NCBI GenBank assembly: GCA_018377235.1
Contig: JAGZZT010000001.1
Coordinates: forward strand, 192,474-256,473
Direction of reading: 5' to 3'
DNA: 64,000 nucleotides
Source: Clostridium sp.
GTDB taxonomy: Bacteria; Bacillota; Clostridia; Lachnospirales; Lachnospiraceae
The translations under genes and the position numbers were made by a program. The notes beneath the pieces were generated by a model, which was given only the letters and a program-made list of their open reading frames with translations, was not told the origin of the DNA and made no database searches. Of this stretch, positions 18,592 to 28,565 are shown piece after piece (position 1 is the first letter of the stretch; every line of letters begins with the position of its first letter).

Positions 18592-19311
18592 ATGACAAAA
18601 GGATACATTCATTCCTGGGAATCTATGGGGCTGGTAGACGGTCCTGGTATCCGCACAGTAATTTTTCTGCAGGGGTGCCGCCTCAGATGCCAGTACTGCC
18701 ATAATCCCGACACCTGGGATATAGACGGCAGGGCAGAGACGAAAACCCCGGAAGAAATCATAGCTGTTCTAAACCGTTTTAAACCCTATTACGGCACAGA
18801 TGGAGGAGTGACCTTCTCCGGAGGAGAACCTCTCCTTCAGAAGGAATTTTTAACCGAAACCCTGGCCCTGTGCAAAAGCCATGGAATTCACACCTGTCTC
18901 GATACGGCGGGAGTAGGAACGGGAAGCTATGAGGAAATTCTGAAACATACGGATCTGGTGCTCTTCGACATGAAGCATTACACCAGGGAAGGTTATTTCA
19001 ACATCACAGGACAGCCCATAGATGAAAGCCTTCGGTTTCTTCACGCTGTGCAGAAGCTTAATATTCCTGTCTGGATTCGGCATGTAGTTGTTCCCGGACT
19101 TACAGACAGCAGAGAGCACCTTCTGGGATTGTTTGAATCAGTCAAAGAGGTTAAAAACGTGAAAAAAGTAGAGCTTCTTCCTTACCATGTACTGGGTGTA
19201 CCGAAATATAAGGCTATGGGAATCCCCTACAGATTGGAACATGTCCCTCCCCAAAATGCTGCGGAATTGGAACAATGGCAGAACATGATGAATGAATATT
19301 TTCAAAAATAA
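18592..19311 (+). CDS. pflA: Pyruvate formate-lyase activating enzyme
   Basis: 239 aa. 'VDGPGIRTVIFLQGCRLRCQYCHNPDTW' is almost identical in pattern to E. coli PflA. 'VELLPYHVLG' is also present. Confidence 0.9.
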   Translation: MTKGYIHSWESMGLVDGPGIRTVIFLQGCRLRCQYCHNPDTWDIDGRAETKTPEEIIAVLNRFKPYYGTDGGVTFSGGEPLLQKEFLTETLALCKSHGIHTCLDTAGVGTGSYEEILKHTDLVLFDMKHYTREGYFNITGQPIDESLRFLHAVQKLNIPVWIRHVVVPGLTDSREHLLGLFESVKEVKNVKKVELLPYHVLGVPKYKAMGIPYRLEHVPPQNAAELEQWQNMMNEYFQK

Positions 19312-19361
19312 ACAGGTAAAAGCACTGGTAAAATGTCTTTAGGCGAAAGGAGATCGAAAAC

Positions 19362-21605
19362 ATGAGTATCGATGTAAACTGTACCGCATGGAAAGGATTT
19401 AAGACAGGAGAGTGGCGTCATGTCGTAAACGTAAGGAATTTTATCCAGAAAAACTATACGCCTTATGCAGGAAATGACGAATTTCTCACCGGAACTACTG
19501 AAAAAACAAAAAAAGTCTGGGAGAAGGCTCATGCCCTGATTTTAGAAGAAGTAAAAAAAGGGATCATTGATGTAGACACTACTGTCGTATCTGGAATTGA
19601 CAACTTCGCTCCCGGTTACATTGATAAAGACAACGAAGTCATTGTAGGACTGCAGACAGATGCCCCTTTAAAGCGGATTGTCAATCCTTTCGGCGGCATG
19701 AGAATGGCTAAAAGCGCATTGGAACAGTATGGCTACAAACTGGATCCAGAGGTGGAAAAACATTTTAATTTATACAGAAAAACCCACAATGACGGCGTAT
19801 TTGACGCTTATCCGGAACGTGTCAGAAAAGCGAGAACTGCCGGCCTTTTAACCGGACTTCCAGATGCTTACGGGCGCGGACGCATTGTAGGAGATTACCG
19901 CCGCGTTCCTCTCTACGGAACTGACTTTTTAATCGAATCCAAAAAAGAAGATTTAAAGCTGCTGGACGGACCTATGACAGATGAAAGAATCCGTCTTCGT
20001 GAAGATGTCAGCGAACAGATCCGCGCTCTTCAGAAAATGGCTGATATGGCTGCGCGGTATGGCTGCGATATTACAAAGCCGGCAGAAAATGCCCATGAAG
20101 CTGTTCAGAACCTTTATATGGCATACCTGGCAGGAATCAAGGAAAACAATGGAGCGGCTACAAGCCTTGGACGTACTGCCACCTTCCTTGATGTCTATAT
20201 TCAGAGAGATCTGGACGCCGGTATTCTGGATGAGGCAGGAGCCCAGGAGCTGATTGATCAGTTTATTATCAAACTTCGTCTTGTGCGCCATCTGCGCACC
20301 CCTGAATACAATGAACTGTTTGGGGGAGATCCTACCTGGGTGACAGAAAGTCTTGGCGGCATGGGAGTCGACGGACGTACTCTCGTTACAAAAAATTCCT
20401 TCCGCTATATCCATACTCTGACCAATCTGGGCACTGCGCCGGAGCCGAACCTGACTGTGCTGTGGAGCCAGAATCTGCCGGAAGCATTTAAAACTTACTG
20501 TTCCCGCATGAGTATTGAGACAGATTCCATTCAGTATGAAAATGACGATCTGATGCGTCCTATGTATGGAGACGACTACTGTATCGCCTGCTGTGTATCG
20601 GCAATGGCGGTTGGAAAGCAGATGCAGTTTTTCGGAGCCAGAGCCAATCTGGCCAAAAGCCTTCTTTACGCCATTAATGGCGGTGTAGACGAGAGGAAGG
20701 CAATCCAGGTTATCCCGGATATTGAAAAAAATACGGATGAAGTTCTGGATTATTCCCATGTTCTGGCTGATTATAAAAAAACTCTGGCCTATGTCGCTGA
20801 ACTCTATGTAGATACTATTAACATTATTCACTTTATGCACGACAAATACGCCTATGAGGCCAGCCAGATGGCGCTTCATGACACCTGGGTAGAAAGGCTC
20901 GCTGCTTTTGGAGTGTCCGGTCTTTCTGTGGCTGTCGATTCCCTGTCAGCCATTAAATTCGCAAAGGTAACGCCTGTGCGCAATGAGGCGGGTATTGCCG
21001 TGGACTTTAAGGTAGAAGGAGACTTCCCCAAATATGGAAATGATGATGATCGGGCAGACGACATTGCCGTAGAACTTGTATCTTTCTTCTCTGCAGAACT
21101 TAAAAAACATGCTCTGTACCGAAATGCTGTCCATACGCTGTCCGCCCTCACCATCACCAGCAATGTTATGTATGGAAAGAAGACAGGAACTACCCCTGAC
21201 GGAAGAAAATCAGGCGAACCTTTTGCCCCTGGAGCCAATCCGATGCATGGACGGGATACTCACGGCGCTCTGGCTTCTCTGAATTCAGTTGCAAAGCTTC
21301 CCTACCGGGCAGTCTGCCAGGACGGCGTTTCCAATACGTTTTCCATCACTCCGTCTGCTCTCGGAAAAACAGAGGACGAGAGAATTAAAAACCTGGTTAT
21401 GATTCTGAACGGATATTTTATTCAGGGCGCCCACCACTTAAATGTAAACGTAATGAACCGTCAGCTCTTAATTGACGCCATGGAGCATCCAGAACAGTAT
21501 CCGACTCTGACTATCCGCGTATCTGGCTATGCGGTCAACTTCAGCCGTCTGAGCCGGGAGCAGCAGCTGGAAGTAATTAAACGTACCTTCCATGAAAGTA
21601 TGTAA
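19362..21605 (+). CDS. pflB: Formate C-acetyltransferase (pyruvate formate-lyase)
   Basis: 747 aa. C-terminal glycyl radical motif '[11 protein letters not shown]'. Active-site 'CCVS' region '[13 protein letters not shown]'. Confidence 0.95.
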   Translation: MSIDVNCTAWKGFKTGEWRHVVNVRNFIQKNYTPYAGNDEFLTGTTEKTKKVWEKAHALILEEVKKGIIDVDTTVVSGIDNFAPGYIDKDNEVIVGLQTDAPLKRIVNPFGGMRMAKSALEQYGYKLDPEVEKHFNLYRKTHNDGVFDAYPERVRKARTAGLLTGLPDAYGRGRIVGDYRRVPLYGTDFLIESKKEDLKLLDGPMTDERIRLREDVSEQIRALQKMADMAARYGCDITKPAENAHEAVQNLYMAYLAGIKENNGAATSLGRTATFLDVYIQRDLDAGILDEAGAQELIDQFIIKLRLVRHLRTPEYNELFGGDPTWVTESLGGMGVDGRTLVTKNSFRYIHTLTNLGTAPEPNLTVLWSQNLPEAFKTYCSRMSIETDSIQYENDDLMRPMYGDDYCIACCVSAMAVGKQMQFFGARANLAKSLLYAINGGVDERKAIQVIPDIEKNTDEVLDYSHVLADYKKTLAYVAELYVDTINIIHFMHDKYAYEASQMALHDTWVERLAAFGVSGLSVAVDSLSAIKFAKVTPVRNEAGIAVDFKVEGDFPKYGNDDDRADDIAVELVSFFSAELKKHALYRNAVHTLSALTITSNVMYGKKTGTTPDGRKSGEPFAPGANPMHGRDTHGALASLNSVAKLPYRAVCQDGVSNTFSITPSALGKTEDERIKNLVMILNGYFIQGAHHLNVNVMNRQLLIDAMEHPEQYPTLTIRVSGYAVNFSRLSREQQLEVIKRTFHESM

Positions 21606-21694
21606 AACATGAAATTGATTTAGAATGAGAAAATTGTTTAAAAAAGTAGAAAATGAGTTTATTTCTGAAAATTCTTGACAGAATCAGACTCTGG

Positions 21695-22005
21695 TGCTAT
21701 TCTGGAAGTAATTAAATGAATACAAAAGCTATGACGAAGACAGAGTCTGCAATGTGTTTTACAGAGAGTCGGGAAAGCTGGAATCCGATAAACATTAGCT
21801 GATATCTCTCATCACTTCCGAGCTGAATTTCCGAAACGGATAATTGGAGTAAGAATTTTCGTGTTGGCTACGTTAGTGTCTAGGGCTTGCTGGAGCCTAA
21901 AGAGAGGCAGAATTTTTTATTCTGCAATTTGAGTGGTACCGCGGGTATTGATTTAATGATCAGGACTCGTCTCAAGGAAATCTTTGAGACGAGTCTTTAT
22001 TTTTT
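21695..22005 (+). ncRNA. T-box riboswitch leader upstream of brnQ
   Basis: Candidate promoter 'ttgaca-17-tattct' at about 21666-21694. 'AGAGAG' stem-I element, 'AGUA' and 'AGUG' elements. Conserved T-box sequence 'AATTTGAGTGGTACCGCGGG' at about 21925-21945. Terminator 'caggactcgtctcaaggaaatctttgagacgagtc' + 'tttattttttt' ends about 12 nt before the RBS. Confidence 0.75.
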
Positions 22006-22016
22006 TGTAGGAGGAA

Positions 22017-23354
22017 ATGAAAATGAATTTATCACGGAAAAAGATGCTATTGGTAAGCTTCATGCTGTTCTCTCTGTTTTTTGGAGCCGGAAACCTGATT
22101 TTTCCGCCATTTTTAGGGCAGAATGCAGGGGCAGCAGCAGTTCCCGCACTTTTAGGATTTCTGCTGACTGCTGTGGTGCTTCCAGTTCTCGGAGTTATTG
22201 TTGTCGCTCGTTTTAACGGTCTTGACTGTCTGGCAAACCAGGTAGGAAAAAATTTTTCTCTTGTATTCACCGTTTTAATCTATCTTTCTATCGGACCCGG
22301 GCTGGGTATTCCGAGAGCCGCATCTGTGCCATTTGAAATGGCTGTAGCTCCGTACCTTCCGGAAGGGGCAGATATAAAGCTTTTCATGGTTCTGTATTCT
22401 TTTGTATTTTTTGCACTGGCTTTCTGGCTCTGCATGAACCCGGGAAAGCTTGTCAGACGAATTGGAAGCTTTTTAACGCCAAATCTGTTATTGCTTCTCG
22501 GCATACTGTTTTTCAGCTTCCTTTTCAGGGGAAAAGTAGAGGTAGCGGCTCCTCAGGCTGCATATGAAATGCCGTTTTTCAAGGGTTTTTCAGAAGGATA
22601 TCAGACAATGGACACCATCGCAGCCCTTAACTTCGGGCTGGTAATTGCCATTACCCTTGACTCCTTTGGGTTAAAGGAAAAGAAGGATGTTATGAAGCAT
22701 ACGGTATATGCAGGAGTATTGGCCGGTTCTATTCTCGCTCTTGTTTACATCATGTTAGCCTATATGGGAATGTGCAGTTCCGGCGTTTACGCTGTACAGG
22801 AGAATGGAGCATGGACTCTGCGCCATATTGTATCGCAGCTTTTCGGTGAATTCGGAGCGGTTATCCTGGCAGCTATTTTCTCACTGGCCTGCCTGACCAC
22901 CTGTGTCGGACTCATCAACTCCATCTCACAGTTCTTTTCAAAACAGTTCCAGTTCTTTGGATACAGACAGTGGGTAATTACGATTACAGGTTTTTCATTT
23001 TTAGTCTGCAATCTGGGGCTGAACGCTATATTAAGCCTTTCCATCCCGGTACTTGATGCGATTTATCCTGTATCTATCGTGCTGATTCTTCTGGGATTAT
23101 CTCATCGTATATGGACGTCAAACCGGTATGTATACCCTATGGTTGTTGCAGGAGTCAGCTGCGTCAGCGTGATTTATGCGCTTGATAATGCTGGGCTTTC
23201 CCTTGGATTCCTCTCAGATTTATGCCATTCACTGCCTTTATATGATGCTGGTTTCTGCTGGGTAAGCGCCGCGCTTGTCATGCTTGTACTGAGCTGTGCT
23301 GTAAACGCCGCTTTAAACAGCCGCGCAGCCGCATGTCCGGAAAGCCAGAATTAA
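22017..23354 (+). CDS. brnQ: Branched-chain amino acid transport system II carrier (LIVCS family)
   Basis: 445 aa, 12 TM. N-terminus 'LFSLFFGAGNLIFPPFLG' is the BrnQ signature. Confidence 0.85.
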   Translation: MKMNLSRKKMLLVSFMLFSLFFGAGNLIFPPFLGQNAGAAAVPALLGFLLTAVVLPVLGVIVVARFNGLDCLANQVGKNFSLVFTVLIYLSIGPGLGIPRAASVPFEMAVAPYLPEGADIKLFMVLYSFVFFALAFWLCMNPGKLVRRIGSFLTPNLLLLLGILFFSFLFRGKVEVAAPQAAYEMPFFKGFSEGYQTMDTIAALNFGLVIAITLDSFGLKEKKDVMKHTVYAGVLAGSILALVYIMLAYMGMCSSGVYAVQENGAWTLRHIVSQLFGEFGAVILAAIFSLACLTTCVGLINSISQFFSKQFQFFGYRQWVITITGFSFLVCNLGLNAILSLSIPVLDAIYPVSIVLILLGLSHRIWTSNRYVYPMVVAGVSCVSVIYALDNAGLSLGFLSDLCHSLPLYDAGFCWVSAALVMLVLSCAVNAALNSRAAACPESQN

Positions 23355-23502
23355 GTTAAAAGAGTTAAAAGGATTTTTTATCTCATAGTTGCCTAAACCG
23401 GCGATGTGTTGTATAATAATCCGCTGGCGTCAGTGTGTACTGACGCTAAGAAACTTTTAAAATAACAACGATTGCATTTTATCAAATTCAAAAGGAAAAA
23501 CA

Positions 23503-25365
23503 ATGAGAAAATTAGCGTTAAGTGATGAAATACTTCTAAGCGTTCAGCAGCCCGCCCGATACATCGGCGGAGAAGTAAACATGGTGAAAAAGGATCCAGC
23601 AGGAAAAATCCGCTTCGCCATGGCCTTCCCGGACGTTTATGAGCTGGGCATGTCCCACCTGGGAATCCAGATTCTCTATGACATGTTCAATAAACGGGAG
23701 GATGTTTACTGCGAGCGTGTCTACTCTCCATGGATGGATCTGGATCAGATTATGAGGGAAAAACACATCCCTCTTTTCGCTCTGGAATCCCAGGATCCTA
23801 TTAAGAATTTCGATTTTCTGGGCATTACTCTCCAGTACGAAATGTGTTATACCAATGTGCTACAGCTTCTGGATCTGGCTCATATTCCGCTGCATGCCTG
23901 TGACAGAACAGAGGAGGATCCGATTGTCATCGGCGGCGGTCCCTGTACTTACAATCCGGAACCTATCGCTGAATTCTTTGATCTCTTTTACATGGGCGAA
24001 GGAGAGGTTGTTTACTTTGAACTCTTAGATCGCTACAAGGAAAACCAGGCCAAAGGCGGCAGCAGAAGAGAGTTTTTAGAAATGGCGGCAGAAATTCCAG
24101 GTATCTATGTGCCCGCTTTTTATGACATCCTCTACAAAGAGGATGGTACCATTGAACAGATGGTTCCCAATAATCCCCATGCAAAGGAAATTATTTCCAA
24201 GCAGCTGGTAATGGAAATGAACGATACCTATTACCCAGAACAGCCTGTAGTTCCTTTTATCAAGGCTACTCAGGACCGTGTAGTACTGGAAATTATGAGA
24301 GGCTGCATCCGCGGCTGTCGTTTCTGCCAGGCAGGCATGGTTTACCGCCCTGTGAGGGAGAGAAGTCTGGAAACTTTAAAAGATCTGGCTTATAAAATGC
24401 TGAAAAGCACAGGGCACGAGGAGATCTCCTTAAGCTCCCTGAGTTCCAGCGACCACACACAGCTGGAGGGACTGGTCAATTTCCTGATTGACGAGTTTGA
24501 CGGTAAGGGTGTAAATGTCTCCCTGCCTTCCCTGCGTATTGACGCTTTTTCCCTGGACGTTATGAGTAAGGTTCAGGATATCAAGAAGAGCAGTCTGACC
24601 TTCGCGCCTGAGGCTGGTTCCCAGAGGCTGCGAAACGTTATCAATAAAGGACTGACAGAGGAAGATATTCTTCACGGTTCCTCAGAGGCATTCAAAGGCG
24701 GCTGGAATCGCGTTAAGCTCTACTTTATGCTGGGGCTTCCTACCGAGACAGTGGAAGACATGGAGGGAATCGCTCTCTTAGCTGAAAAAGTAGCGGAAGA
24801 GTATTATAAGGTTCCAAAGGAGCAGCGCTTCGGCAAGGTGCAGGTAGTTTCCAGTACCTCCTTCTTCGTTCCGAAGCCATTTACTCCATTCCAGTGGGCG
24901 ACTATGTTCACTAAGGAAGAGTACCTGAAGAAAGCCCATATCGTAAATACAAAAATGAAAGAAATGCTGAACCACAAGAGTCTCCGCTATAACTGGCATG
25001 AGGCTGACGTTACCGTTTTAGAGGGCGTTATGGCCCGCGGCGACAGAAAAGTGGCTACTGTTATTGAAGAGGCCTATAGAAACGGCGCTCTCTACGATTC
25101 CTGGTCAGAGAGCTTTAAAAATGACGTATGGATGAATGCCTTTGAAACCTGCGGCATAGATCCTGATTTCTACACCCTGAGAGAACGGTCTCTGGACGAA
25201 GTTCTCCCGTGGGATTTCATTGATGCCGGCGTTTCCAAGGAATTTTTAAAGAGAGAATGGAACCAGGCTCTCCACGAAACTGTCACGCCAAACTGCAGGC
25301 AGAAATGTTCCGCCTGCGGCGCACTGAAATATAAAGGAGGCGTCTGCTATGAAAATAAGAATTAA
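23503..25365 (+). CDS. B12-binding-domain radical SAM protein (TIGR03960-like, rng-associated)
   Basis: 620 aa. Radical SAM 'CIRGCRFCQAG'. N-terminal B12-binding-like region. Conserved position upstream of the DUF2344 protein and RNase G. Confidence 0.7.
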   Translation: MRKLALSDEILLSVQQPARYIGGEVNMVKKDPAGKIRFAMAFPDVYELGMSHLGIQILYDMFNKREDVYCERVYSPWMDLDQIMREKHIPLFALESQDPIKNFDFLGITLQYEMCYTNVLQLLDLAHIPLHACDRTEEDPIVIGGGPCTYNPEPIAEFFDLFYMGEGEVVYFELLDRYKENQAKGGSRREFLEMAAEIPGIYVPAFYDILYKEDGTIEQMVPNNPHAKEIISKQLVMEMNDTYYPEQPVVPFIKATQDRVVLEIMRGCIRGCRFCQAGMVYRPVRERSLETLKDLAYKMLKSTGHEEISLSSLSSSDHTQLEGLVNFLIDEFDGKGVNVSLPSLRIDAFSLDVMSKVQDIKKSSLTFAPEAGSQRLRNVINKGLTEEDILHGSSEAFKGGWNRVKLYFMLGLPTETVEDMEGIALLAEKVAEEYYKVPKEQRFGKVQVVSSTSFFVPKPFTPFQWATMFTKEEYLKKAHIVNTKMKEMLNHKSLRYNWHEADVTVLEGVMARGDRKVATVIEEAYRNGALYDSWSESFKNDVWMNAFETCGIDPDFYTLRERSLDEVLPWDFIDAGVSKEFLKREWNQALHETVTPNCRQKCSACGALKYKGGVCYENKN

Positions 25366-26122
25366 GTTCCGCAAGCAGGGCGCCGTCAAATTTGTCGGCC
25401 ACCTGGATATTATGAGATATTTCCAGAAAGTCATGCGCCGGGCCGATGTGGATATCCGTTACAGCGAGGGCTTCAGTCCCCACCAGATTATGTCCTTCGC
25501 CGCGCCTTTAGGCGTAGGCCTTACCAGTAACGGCGAATACGTGGACATTGAAGTAAACAGTACGGAAAGCTCTGAGGAGATGGTAAGGAGGATCAACGCA
25601 GTCAATGTGGAGGGAATTTCCGTCACCTCCTACAGAAAACTCCCTGATTCAGCCAAAAACGCCATGTCACTGGTAGCTGCCGCCGACTACACCATGTGGT
25701 TTAAGGACGGCTATGAGCCAGAGGATGAGAACGGATTCTGGACTGGGTTGTCCCGTTTTCTGGAACAGCCCTCCATCCCCATTGTCAAGAAGACGAAAAA
25801 AGGCGTCAAGGAAATGGATTTAAAGCCCTATCTCTACGGGATTTCCATTGAAAGTCCATTGAAAGAAACATCGTGGAAGGAAATGGCTTCCGACAGTCCA
25901 GAACGCCAGGGCGCAGGCAGAATTTTCATGAAGCTCTCTGCCGGAAGCTCTGTCAATATCCGTCCAGAGCAGGTAATCGGCGCCTACTATGAATCCCTGG
26001 GACAGGAATATCCGACCTTTGCTTTCCAGATTCAAAGGGAAGAGGTTTACGGCGATCAGGGCAGCGACAGCTGCCATCGCTTCATACCGTTGGAGGAATA
26101 TGGAGAAGAAATCATTGAATAA
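25349..26122 (+). CDS. Radical-SAM-linked protein (TIGR03936/DUF2344-like)
   Basis: 257 aa. 'MKIRIKFRKQGAVKFVGHLDIMRYFQKVMRRA' is a typical DUF2344 N-terminus. Overlaps the upstream rSAM gene end. Confidence 0.6.
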   Translation: MKIRIKFRKQGAVKFVGHLDIMRYFQKVMRRADVDIRYSEGFSPHQIMSFAAPLGVGLTSNGEYVDIEVNSTESSEEMVRRINAVNVEGISVTSYRKLPDSAKNAMSLVAAADYTMWFKDGYEPEDENGFWTGLSRFLEQPSIPIVKKTKKGVKEMDLKPYLYGISIESPLKETSWKEMASDSPERQGAGRIFMKLSAGSSVNIRPEQVIGAYYESLGQEYPTFAFQIQREEVYGDQGSDSCHRFIPLEEYGEEIIE

Positions 26123-27401
26123 GCTTCTGATTACCAGATGGGGTGACCAGATTCTCACAGTTCTCACAAAAAACGGAACCTGCGTTTCTCTAAATCTGGA
26201 ACCTGCAGAGCAGGCGGGACTTCTGGGCAATATCTATATCGGCAAAGTAAAAAATATTGTAAAAAATATCAACTCTGCCTTTATTGATCTGGGAAATGGA
26301 CAGACCGGCTATTACAGCCTTGCAGATAATAAAACCCACCTGTTTGCAGACATGGCCTGGAAACTGTGTAAGAAAGAAGAATCGTGTGAAAAAACAGATT
26401 TTAACACTGACTCCAGAGCGGAAGACAGGAAACGGACGCTCCGTCAGGGAGATGAAATTCTGGTTCAGGTAGAGAGGGACGCTGTCAAGACGAAAGATCC
26501 CGTCCTTACCTCCAACCTGAATTTTACAGGAAAATATCTCGTCTTAACCCAGGGAAAAAAGCAGATTGGATTTTCTGGAAAAATTCATGATAAAGCCTGG
26601 AAACATCACATACAGGCGCTGCTGGAAAAAGAGACCGATGGTTCCTTCGGGCTGATCGTGAGAACGAATGCAAGGGAAGCGGAGGAGGAAGCCCTTCTGC
26701 AAGAGCTTCACCTGCTTTCCAGGAGACGTCAAAAGCTTCTGGAAGCCGCTTCCCACCGCACCTGCTACAGCCTTCTGGCCTCCTCTGAGCCTTCCTATGT
26801 CAGCAGCATACGCGACGCCTACAGCAATGAGCTGGACGCCGTTGTAACCGATGACAGAGACTGTTATGAGACGCTCAGGCAGTATATGGAGGAAAACCAG
26901 AGCGAAGATCTTCATAAACTATCCTTTTACGAAGATCCGCTGCTTTCACTTTCCAAGCTCTACAGCCTGGAAACTGCTATGGAGCAGGCTCTGGGGAAGC
27001 ATGTATGGCTGAAATCCGGAGGTTATCTGGTGATCGAGCCTACGGAAGCGCTGACTGTCATTGATGTAAACACGGGAAAATATACCGGGAAAAAAACTCA
27101 GGCGGAAACTATCTTTAAAATCAACCGGGAGGCTGCCGCAGAGACTGCCCGGCAGCTGAGGCTCCGCAATCTGTCAGGCATTATTGTAGTAGATTTCATA
27201 GACATGGAAACAGAAGAGCACAGGTCAGAGCTGATGGCCCTGCTGGCGCGGGAACTCTCAAAAGATCCTGTAAAAACTGTGCTGGTGGACATGACACAGC
27301 TGGGACTGGTGGAGATCACCAGGAAAAAGGTGAAACGGCCCCTGGCAGAACAGGTTCATTCAGCCAGATACCCGTCAAAAGAGACCAGAACAAGTTTATA
27401 A
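26100..27401 (+). CDS. rng: Ribonuclease G/E family (Rne/Rng)
   Basis: S1 domain 'YIGKVKNIVKNINSAFIDLGNG'. 'VIDVNTG' catalytic region. Start set at ATG 26100 after RBS 'ggagga'. The ORF-track 25989 start overlaps the previous gene and is unlikely. Confidence 0.8.
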   Translation: MEKKSLNKLLITRWGDQILTVLTKNGTCVSLNLEPAEQAGLLGNIYIGKVKNIVKNINSAFIDLGNGQTGYYSLADNKTHLFADMAWKLCKKEESCEKTDFNTDSRAEDRKRTLRQGDEILVQVERDAVKTKDPVLTSNLNFTGKYLVLTQGKKQIGFSGKIHDKAWKHHIQALLEKETDGSFGLIVRTNAREAEEEALLQELHLLSRRRQKLLEAASHRTCYSLLASSEPSYVSSIRDAYSNELDAVVTDDRDCYETLRQYMEENQSEDLHKLSFYEDPLLSLSKLYSLETAMEQALGKHVWLKSGGYLVIEPTEALTVIDVNTGKYTGKKTQAETIFKINREAAAETARQLRLRNLSGIIVVDFIDMETEEHRSELMALLARELSKDPVKTVLVDMTQLGLVEITRKKVKRPLAEQVHSARYPSKETRTSL

Positions 27402-27428
27402 AAACTTAAAATTTTTCTTTTTAAACCA

Positions 27429-27541
27429 GTTGACAAGTTCAGGCAGAAATGCTATTATACTACAGTATGCCGCACAGTGAGGTTTACAAGTCCGGATTTC
27501 CGGCGCCGAAGCTGGCGAGTAATGATAAGAGGAGGTGCCAT
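27429..27541 (+). promoter_or_regulatory. Consensus sigma-A promoter (ttgaca-17-tattat) plus structured rplU 5' leader (L21-leader-like)
   Basis: 'ttgaca agttcaggcagaaatgc tattat'. The roughly 80-nt leader ends in RBS 'aagaggagg'. Confidence 0.6.
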
Positions 27542-27850
27542 ATGTACGCAATTATTGCAACAGGTGGTAAGCAGTACAAAGTAGCCGAGGGCGATATCAT
27601 TAAAGTTGAGAGACTTGGTGCAGGTGCTGGCGAGACAGTTACCTTTGATCAGGTTCTTGCTGTAAACAACGGCGAGTTAAAGATCGGATGCCCAACCGTT
27701 GACGGTGCAACAGTTTCCGCAACTGTAGTAAAAGAGGGTAAAGGCAAAAAGGTTATCGTTTACAAGTACAAGAGCAAGACTGGCTATCACAAAAAGAACG
27801 GTCACAGACAGCTCTTTACACAGGTTAAGATTGAAAAGATCAACGCTTAA
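27542..27850 (+). CDS. rplU: 50S ribosomal protein L21
   Basis: '[18 protein letters not shown]'. The ORF-track upstream start is rejected because the RBS is positioned for ATG 27542. Confidence 0.95.
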   Translation: MYAIIATGGKQYKVAEGDIIKVERLGAGAGETVTFDQVLAVNNGELKIGCPTVDGATVSATVVKEGKGKKVIVYKYKSKTGYHKKNGHRQLFTQVKIEKINA

Positions 27851-27856
27851 TCAGAG

Positions 27857-28186
27857 ATGATAAGAGTAAACGTATTTAAAGATTCTGGTGGTTCCTGCCG
27901 TGGAATTTCATTTCATGGGCATGCAGGATATGACGATTACGGAAAAGATATTATCTGCGCTTCCGTTTCCGCACTGGCGTTAAATATGGCTAATTCTGTT
28001 GAGGCATTTACAGATGATGGTTTTAACGGCAGCATGGATGAAGAGAGCGGCGCATTTGAGTTTTCTTTTACCGGTGAAGTCAGTGCAGAGTCAAAACTCC
28101 TGATGGATTCTCTTATTCTGGGACTTCAGAATATTTCAGAAGCCTATGGAGAACAATATATTAAAATCCGGTTTGAGGAGGTGTAA
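27857..28186 (+). CDS. prp: Ribosomal-processing cysteine protease Prp (YsxB)
   Basis: 109 aa. 'GHAG...ICASVS' Cys/His motifs. Located between rplU and rpmA. Confidence 0.85.
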   Translation: MIRVNVFKDSGGSCRGISFHGHAGYDDYGKDIICASVSALALNMANSVEAFTDDGFNGSMDEESGAFEFSFTGEVSAESKLLMDSLILGLQNISEAYGEQYIKIRFEEV

Positions 28187-28189
28187 GTG

Positions 28190-28480
28190 ATGTTTAAAAT
28201 GAACCTTCAGTTATTCGCTCACAAAAAAGGTGTTGGTTCCACAAAGAACGGCCGTGATTCCGAGTCTAAGAGACTGGGAGCCAAGAGAGCAGACGGACAG
28301 TTTGTATTAGCTGGAAACATTCTTTACAGACAGCGTGGTACAAAGATTCATCCAGGTATCAACGTAGGCCGCGGTGGAGATGATACATTATTCGCTATGG
28401 TTGACGGCGTTGTTAGATTTGAGAGAAAAGGCAGAGACAAGAAGCAGGTTTCTGTTTACCCAAGAGCAATTAACGAATAA
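28190..28480 (+). CDS. rpmA: 50S ribosomal protein L27 (with Prp-cleaved N-terminal extension)
   Basis: '[37 protein letters not shown]'. 'LQLF|AHKKG' is the cleavage context. Confidence 0.95.
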   Translation: MFKMNLQLFAHKKGVGSTKNGRDSESKRLGAKRADGQFVLAGNILYRQRGTKIHPGINVGRGGDDTLFAMVDGVVRFERKGRDKKQVSVYPRAINE

Positions 28481-28565
28481 TTAAAGCAGCTCCATACCTC
28501 ATCGTATGGGGCTGTTTTTGGTTACAGACAGACGATAGATCACAGAGAAAGGGACAGGTGTTGCT

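Noticed and set aside
19953-20879. 308-aa minus-strand ORF inside pflB
   Set aside because: Fully antisense to a highly conserved PFL coding sequence. No RBS or homology signal. Shadow ORF.
25989-26099. ORF-track start of RNase G at 25989, overlapping 130 nt of the upstream gene
   Set aside because: No RBS at that position. A strong RBS 'ggagga' precedes ATG 26100, which begins the conserved S1-domain protein.
27449-27541. Upstream extension of rplU (ORF-track 133-aa version)
   Set aside because: The extension overlaps the promoter and leader. A canonical RBS precedes ATG 27542, and L21 proteins start 'MYAIIxTGGKQ'.
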